From positions 1 to 39,554 of the IMG/VR virus record IMGVR_UViG_3300016672_000078: a DNA stretch of 39,554 nt; one strand, given 5' to 3'. The translations under genes and the position numbers were made by a program. Shown piece after piece: positions 34,818 through 39,554 of the stretch (position 1 is its first letter; each line of letters opens with the position of its first letter). The notes beneath the pieces are model-generated. The model did not search any database, was not told where the DNA came from, and saw only the letters and a list, made by a program, of their open reading frames with translations. Source of the stretch: a virus. Taxonomy: Duplodnaviria > Caudoviricetes.

Positions 34818-34856
34818 TGACCCCTGCGCAAGCACAGACCCCCCAAGGAGCACTTC

Positions 34857-35315
34857 ATGGCCCTGTACCAATCCAAGCAGATCCTCGCTCGCATCCCGAT
34901 CATCGCGCTCGACGGCGCCGACGACGTGGTGCCCATCCAGGCCGAGTTCGTCGTCCCCGCGGGCGGCCTGGCCGTCAACGACGTGATCGAGATGGGCGGC
35001 ATCACGCCGACCATGCGCGTGATCGACGTCATCATCCACAACACCGCGGCCGGCGCTGGCGCGACGTTCGACCTGGGCTACCTGTCGGGCAGCTACGGCA
35101 CGACGGGCGCACGCACCTGCGGCAACGAGTTCATCGCCGCTGGCGACATGAACGCCACGACGGTGAAGCGGCTCACGAAGTCGGTGACGACCGAGCCCGC
35201 TGCCGCGGCCGGCAACCTGACCGACGACGCCACCGGCTGGGGCCTGAAGGTCACGGGCGCCACCTGGGCCGCTGGCACGGTCATCCGCGCCACGCTCTTC
35301 TGCGCGTCGATCTAA
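34857..35315 (+). CDS. Putative head decoration/cement protein
   Basis: Beta-rich 152 aa immediately after the capsid; AAGGAG RBS. Confidence 0.65.
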   Translation: MALYQSKQILARIPIIALDGADDVVPIQAEFVVPAGGLAVNDVIEMGGITPTMRVIDVIIHNTAAGAGATFDLGYLSGSYGTTGARTCGNEFIAAGDMNATTVKRLTKSVTTEPAAAAGNLTDDATGWGLKVTGATWAAGTVIRATLFCASI

Positions 35316-35318
35316 GCC

Positions 35319-35714
35319 ATGGCGGGCAAGAAGGGGAACGGCAAGGCCCAGGCGGGAGCCTCGGCCACGCTCAAGAGCGTGAAGGCAGCAGGGGCGAAGG
35401 CCGCTGCGCCGGCACCTGCGCCCACGCCCGAGCAGGCACCACCGCCTGCACCGGCCCCTGCGCCCACGCCTGAGCCGTCCGCCACGACTCCGGTGACGCC
35501 ACCGCCTCCGCCGGACCCTGATCCGGCCCCTCAAGCCGCAGAGCCATTGTCGGCAGCCGACCTGGAGAACCCCGGCAAGCTGACCGGCGAGGCTCTGCGC
35601 ACCCTTGCCCATCGCCGCGGCGTGGCCCGCAGCGAAGCCGAGCGCATGACGGACGAGCAGATCCGCATGCAGCTCCGCTACATCACCAACCGGCAGTACA
35701 CGGAAGAGGAATGA
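35319..35714 (+). CDS. Pro/Ala-rich protein with a small C-terminal helical domain
   Basis: PAPAP linker; LTGEALRTLAHRRGV. Confidence 0.65.
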   Translation: MAGKKGNGKAQAGASATLKSVKAAGAKAAAPAPAPTPEQAPPPAPAPAPTPEPSATTPVTPPPPPDPDPAPQAAEPLSAADLENPGKLTGEALRTLAHRRGVARSEAERMTDEQIRMQLRYITNRQYTEEE

Positions 35715-35717
35715 CGG

Positions 35718-36347
35718 GTGAACTGGGATGGCTTCGGCCCGCTCATCCTGCCATACGCGACGACGGTTTCGGCGCCGCTGCTGAAGCAGCACGTCCGCCT
35801 GGCCGCCATCGAGTTCTTCAGCTACACCAAGGCGTGGCAGGCTGAACTGGCCGCGCTCACGGCCGACGGCGTGAAAACCGCCTTCCCGCTCACACTGCCG
35901 ACCGACTCCGCCGTCGAGAAGCTGCTGACCGTCGAGGTGACGGACGCCAACGGCAACAAGTCCGAGCCGGGCGTGAAGACCCCGCTGTACGGCGCCCGCC
36001 TGGCGCGGCAAAACGCCCCCGACCTGATCGCGTTCATGACCGCAGGCCGGGCCATCCTCAACGTGCAGCCCAAGCGCCCAGCCGGCGAAACGATCGTTGC
36101 CACGGTCGCGCTCAAGCCGTCGATGGCCGCGCTCACCATGCCCGATGACCTGTTCGAGCAGTTCGGCATGGACATAGCCAAGGGCGCGCTGGCTTCGCTG
36201 CTGGCGATCAAGGACAAGCCTTGGACCGACACGTCCCTGGCCCGCCTCATGTACGTGGAATTCAACAACGCCAAGGCCGTGACCTCCCGCCAGGTGGAGC
36301 GCGGCTTTGCCACCAGCCAGCGTCGCCCGGCGACCCGCTGGTACTAG
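35718..36347 (+). CDS. Putative head-tail adaptor protein
   Basis: VRLAAIEFF..T.AW, VALKPS, IAKGALASLL....KPW; position. Confidence 0.65.
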   Translation: MNWDGFGPLILPYATTVSAPLLKQHVRLAAIEFFSYTKAWQAELAALTADGVKTAFPLTLPTDSAVEKLLTVEVTDANGNKSEPGVKTPLYGARLARQNAPDLIAFMTAGRAILNVQPKRPAGETIVATVALKPSMAALTMPDDLFEQFGMDIAKGALASLLAIKDKPWTDTSLARLMYVEFNNAKAVTSRQVERGFATSQRRPATRWY

Positions 36348-36363
36348 GCCGAAGGGAACCATC

Positions 36364-38142
36364 ATGACGATCCGCATCATCCGCACCGCAACCCTTGGCC
36401 TCCCCGTGGGCACGATCCGCACGCTGCCGGCCGCAACCGAGGCCGCGCTAGTAGCCGACAAAGAGGCGGTCTACGACACGAGCCCTGGCGCAGCATCTGG
36501 CTCCGCCCCTGTTACTGCTGATGCAGCTGGCAACTTGTACGCCAATGGACAGCTATTTCAAGCATCGGTGTCAGGGGCTGGGAAAGGCAGCACGATTGCA
36601 ATTCTCGGCAACTCGATCACCGCGCAGGCTCGGCCGCTTGTAAACAACGAGACCTACTCGGCGGGCAACTGGACCCCAGGCGGTGCCGTCACGTCAGGCC
36701 AAACGATCCTTGCGCAGACGATGGACTTGCGAAATGGCCTGCAATTTGTCAAGTGGCAAGCGTTGAACAACGGCGTTATGGGCGGCACTGAGCCGGTCTG
36801 GCCGCTGACGGTTGGCTCAACCGTTCTGGATGGCACGGTGACATGGCAGACCGTGGCCACGACCAACACCCAGGCGCTGTGGGGCCTGTCGTGGTGGTCT
36901 ATCGCCCAAGCTCTGGCGGGTCAGCCCCTCGATGAAATCTTTTTCGTCGGCCAGTCTGGGCGGCAGTCGGACACCATCCTTGCCAAAGTGCCCGAGGTGC
37001 TTGCGGCAAATCCTGACGTTGTGTTCTTTGCGAACGTCTTTGAAAACGACGTGTGGCCGGGTTCGGCGCCCACACTCACGACAATCAGTGCTCGATTCGA
37101 CGCCTACGTCGTGGCTGTGGACTCAGCTCGCAACGCGGGCAAAAAGGTCATCGTTCAGACCCTTTTGCCGAGTGGCAACACCGACGCAAGCTCTGCGTTC
37201 ACCGGCTACTCGCGTGGCAACGGGTCAAAGGCTTACGTCTGGCTCAACACCAAGATCAGGGAGATGGCCCGCGCCCGTCGTGATGTCATCCTGTTTGAGC
37301 CTGACCTGCTCTACCTTGACCCGGCGCAGACCTCCGGCGCCCCGTGGCCCGAGAACACGACCACGTACCTAAGCAAGGGCGGCTCGGGCCAGCAGCTCAA
37401 GAAGACTGACGGCATTCACCCGTATCTCGCGGCAGCATGGATCATCGGTAGCGCTCTCGCCACGATCCTGAAAGCCAATTTCTCTGCGCCTGCCCGGTTC
37501 GGCTTTGCTGCCGACGAGACCGCCAAGAGCGAGAGCCCTGGCCCGCTCAAGGGCGGTTCTCGCGCCGCTGGCGGTGGTGATAGTGGTGTGACCGGGACCA
37601 TTGCGGCAGGTGCCAACTACAACATCAACAACTACACGGGCGCCGGTGGTGGCACCGGCACCGCCAGCCTTGTGGCCCGCACAGACATCTCCGGCAACTG
37701 GCAGCGCCTCGTGTACGCGGCGACCTCCAACGGCGACGGTGGCGTGCAAGCTGCGTCAGGTATCCCGCTAGCCCCGTTCACTGTCGGGACGGTGGTTCAG
37801 CGTTTTGTCGAAGAGCGCGTTTTGGCAAGCGGTCTGACGGCCTTCCAGCAGTTCCAAAACCTTTTCCGATTTACCGGTGCCGGCTCGGCTTATGACTGCA
37901 CGAGCGGCAGTTTTGACGGCGTGTACGGCAACAACACGACGGGTCAAGACCTGGGCCAGTTCATCACGGCAGACACCACGTTTGTCTGGAAGACGCCCCC
38001 GGTTGCCATCCCGACCGGCACCACTGCGTTTGAGGTGTATGACAAGTTCAACTTCCGAAGTGTTGGCGCGCCTTCGGCGGGAACGCTTGATTGGGGCCGC
38101 GGCTCCATCATGCGCTGGCGCGCGACCAACGCACTGACCTGA
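36364..38142 (+). CDS. Virion spike/fibre with SGNH/GDSL esterase domain
   Basis: ILGNSIT (block I), GQSG (II), NVFEND (III), DGIHP (V); beta-rich C-terminus; lower GC than flanks. Confidence 0.75.
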   Translation: MTIRIIRTATLGLPVGTIRTLPAATEAALVADKEAVYDTSPGAASGSAPVTADAAGNLYANGQLFQASVSGAGKGSTIAILGNSITAQARPLVNNETYSAGNWTPGGAVTSGQTILAQTMDLRNGLQFVKWQALNNGVMGGTEPVWPLTVGSTVLDGTVTWQTVATTNTQALWGLSWWSIAQALAGQPLDEIFFVGQSGRQSDTILAKVPEVLAANPDVVFFANVFENDVWPGSAPTLTTISARFDAYVVAVDSARNAGKKVIVQTLLPSGNTDASSAFTGYSRGNGSKAYVWLNTKIREMARARRDVILFEPDLLYLDPAQTSGAPWPENTTTYLSKGGSGQQLKKTDGIHPYLAAAWIIGSALATILKANFSAPARFGFAADETAKSESPGPLKGGSRAAGGGDSGVTGTIAAGANYNINNYTGAGGGTGTASLVARTDISGNWQRLVYAATSNGDGGVQAASGIPLAPFTVGTVVQRFVEERVLASGLTAFQQFQNLFRFTGAGSAYDCTSGSFDGVYGNNTTGQDLGQFITADTTFVWKTPPVAIPTGTTAFEVYDKFNFRSVGAPSAGTLDWGRGSIMRWRATNALT

Positions 38143-38168
38143 TTTCCCATCCCCTGCCGGTGCACAAC

Positions 38169-38429
38169 ATGAGCGAAGAATCAAACTTGTCCAGCATCGA
38201 GCGCCGCCTTGATCGACTGACTGATGCTGTTGAGAAGCTGGTGTTGATCGAAGAGCGTCAGACCGCACAAGCTGCCCGCATCGGCCAGCTCGAAGCCCGG
38301 GTGTCCGAGTGCGAAAGCAGTCAGCGGGTGACCGACGCCAAGGTCGACATGTGGATCAACCGCGGCATCGGTGCGTGGGCGCTGGCCGCGACGGTCTTCT
38401 CTGTGCTCAAGACCTTCCAGGTGCTGTGA
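38169..38429 (+). CDS. Coiled-coil + single C-terminal TM lysis-cassette protein (holin/antiholin-like)
   Basis: LDRLTDAVEKLVLIEERQ..WINRGIGAWALAATVFSVL; TGATG-coupled to the endolysin. Confidence 0.7.
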   Translation: MSEESNLSSIERRLDRLTDAVEKLVLIEERQTAQAARIGQLEARVSECESSQRVTDAKVDMWINRGIGAWALAATVFSVLKTFQVL

Positions 38430-39554
38430 TGCTGGCCGGCGTGACGCCCAGCGTGCTCGCCAACGCCCTGGGCTGTCCGCTGGCGCGCGTGAACGCCTTC
38501 GCCGCGCACCTGATCGAAGCCTGTGACGCCTACGCGATCAACACGCCGGCCCGCCTTGCGGCTTTCCTGGCGCAGATCGGCCACGAGAGCGGCGCGCTGC
38601 GCTACGTGAAAGAGGTGTGGGGGCCGACTGCGGCGCAGATCCGCTACGAGGGCCGCGCCGATCTCGGCAACGTGCAGCCAGGCGACGGCCAACGCTACTG
38701 CGGACGGGGCCTGGTGCAGACCACCGGCCGGGCCAACTACATCGCCCTGCGCAACCGCCTGCGCATCCGCATCGGTGAAGAGGTGCCCGACTTTGAGGCC
38801 CAACCCGAATTGCTCGAGCAAGCGCGATGGGCGGCGTGGAGCGCTGCCGACTACTGGGGCTGGCGCAAGCTCAACGAGCTCGCCGACGCTGGCGCGTTCG
38901 AGACGATCACCCGGCGGATCAATGGCGGGCTGAACGGCCAGGCCGACCGCCTTGTCCGCTGGGAGCGCGCCAAGCAGGCGCTCGCGGCCATCGAGCCCGG
39001 CGAATCGCCGGCACCAACCCTGCCTCCGCCTCCTGTCGCTGTCACCTCGATCACCAAGGAAACCATCATGCCGCTGCCCGCCATCCTCGCCGCCGTCCTT
39101 CCCTCGCTGGTCGAGTCCGTGCCCAAGCTGGGCAAGCTGTTCGGCTCCGGCTCCGAAGTGGCCGAGCGCAACGTCAAGGCCGCCGAGCTGGCGCTGACCG
39201 TCGCCCAGGAGGCCATCGGCGCCCGCAATGCCCAGGAGACGGTCGAGCTGCTGAAGTCCGACCCTGAGCTGGCCGCCAAGGCTTCGCAGGCCATCGAGGC
39301 GCGCTGGCTTGAACTGTCCGAGGCAGGTGGTGATGGCATCGCAGGCGCGCGCAAGGCTGACGAGGCCCGCAGCGGTGCCGCCTGGTGGCAAAGCCCGAGC
39401 CTGCTGATCGCCAGCCTGCTGCTGCCGCTCGTCTACATCCTGGTGCTGTCGCTGATCGGTGCCATCGGCACGGCCACGTGGAGCGACGACGTGCGCGCCG
39501 GCCTGGCAGGCAGCCTCATCAGCGCCATCATCGGCGGCCTGGTGGGCTACTACT
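38429..39554 (+). CDS. GH19 endolysin fused in frame to a holin-like membrane domain; 3' truncated by the window
   Basis: Not in the ORF track (no stop in window). RLAAFLAQIGHESG, YEGRADLGN..GDG.RY.GRGLVQTTGRANY, ITRRINGGLNG; continues without a stop into TM helices ending ..IIGGLVGYY. Confidence 0.88.
   Translation, partial: MLAGVTPSVLANALGCPLARVNAFAAHLIEACDAYAINTPARLAAFLAQIGHESGALRYVKEVWGPTAAQIRYEGRADLGNVQPGDGQRYCGRGLVQTTGRANYIALRNRLRIRIGEEVPDFEAQPELLEQARWAAWSAADYWGWRKLNELADAGAFETITRRINGGLNGQADRLVRWERAKQALAAIEPGESPAPTLPPPPVAVTSITKETIMPLPAILAAVLPSLVESVPKLGKLFGSGSEVAERNVKAAELALTVAQEAIGARNAQETVELLKSDPELAAKASQAIEARWLELSEAGGDGIAGARKADEARSGAAWWQSPSLLIASLLLPLVYILVLSLIGAIGTATWSDDVRAGLAGSLISAIIGGLVGYY

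Larger units (their letters stand above)
1..39554. mobile_element. Temperate phage genome segment (integrase, immunity, replication, head, lysis modules); excised/permuted form
   Basis: Continuous phage gene modules; attP-like site flanked by phage genes on both sides; no host housekeeping genes. Confidence 0.97.

Noticed and set aside
35395-35540. CCTGCGCCCACGCC-type repeats
   Set aside because: Explained by a Pro/Ala low-complexity protein linker
1-39554. Reverse transcriptase/DGR, retron, CRISPR-Cas or recognisable defence operon
   Set aside because: No RT motifs, template/variable repeat pair, arrays or known defence domains noticed by eye

Overview
The whole window is one temperate, lambda-like regulated podovirus-type phage genome. 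The GC content is high and the host is probably a betaproteobacterium (inference). It appears to be in the excised or circularly permuted form, because an intact attP (tRNA-Ser 3'-end core plus arm repeats) has phage genes on both sides. Order: 3' part of a large virion/ejection protein; accessory region with a stand-alone repressor-CTD paralog; attP; HNH; P4-type integrase and xis; leftward early operon (dual-frame C5 methyltransferase, SSB, lambda-type exonuclease, ERF, HNH); immunity region (OL, lipoprotein, cI, OR, cro); replication module (ParB-like HTH protein, intein-containing SF2 helicase, Toprim primase); nin-like region (DUF1367, mini kinase, RusA-like); terS, terL, portal, scaffold, CsrA-like protein, capsid, head proteins; SGNH spike; lysis genes running off the right end. 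Most notable observations: (1) a ParB/KorB-like protein with four identical dispersed 17-bp palindromes and no ParA; (2) a repressor lacking the Ser-Lys autocleavage dyad, with a free-standing paralog of its C-terminal domain behind a structured leader; (3) a C5 MTase split over two overlapping frames; (4) a CsrA-like gene followed by CsrA-type GGA sites in the capsid leader; (5) an in-frame GH19 endolysin-holin fusion with an internal start; (6) a 144-aa kinase-like protein. All family calls come from motif recognition by eye, not from database searches.
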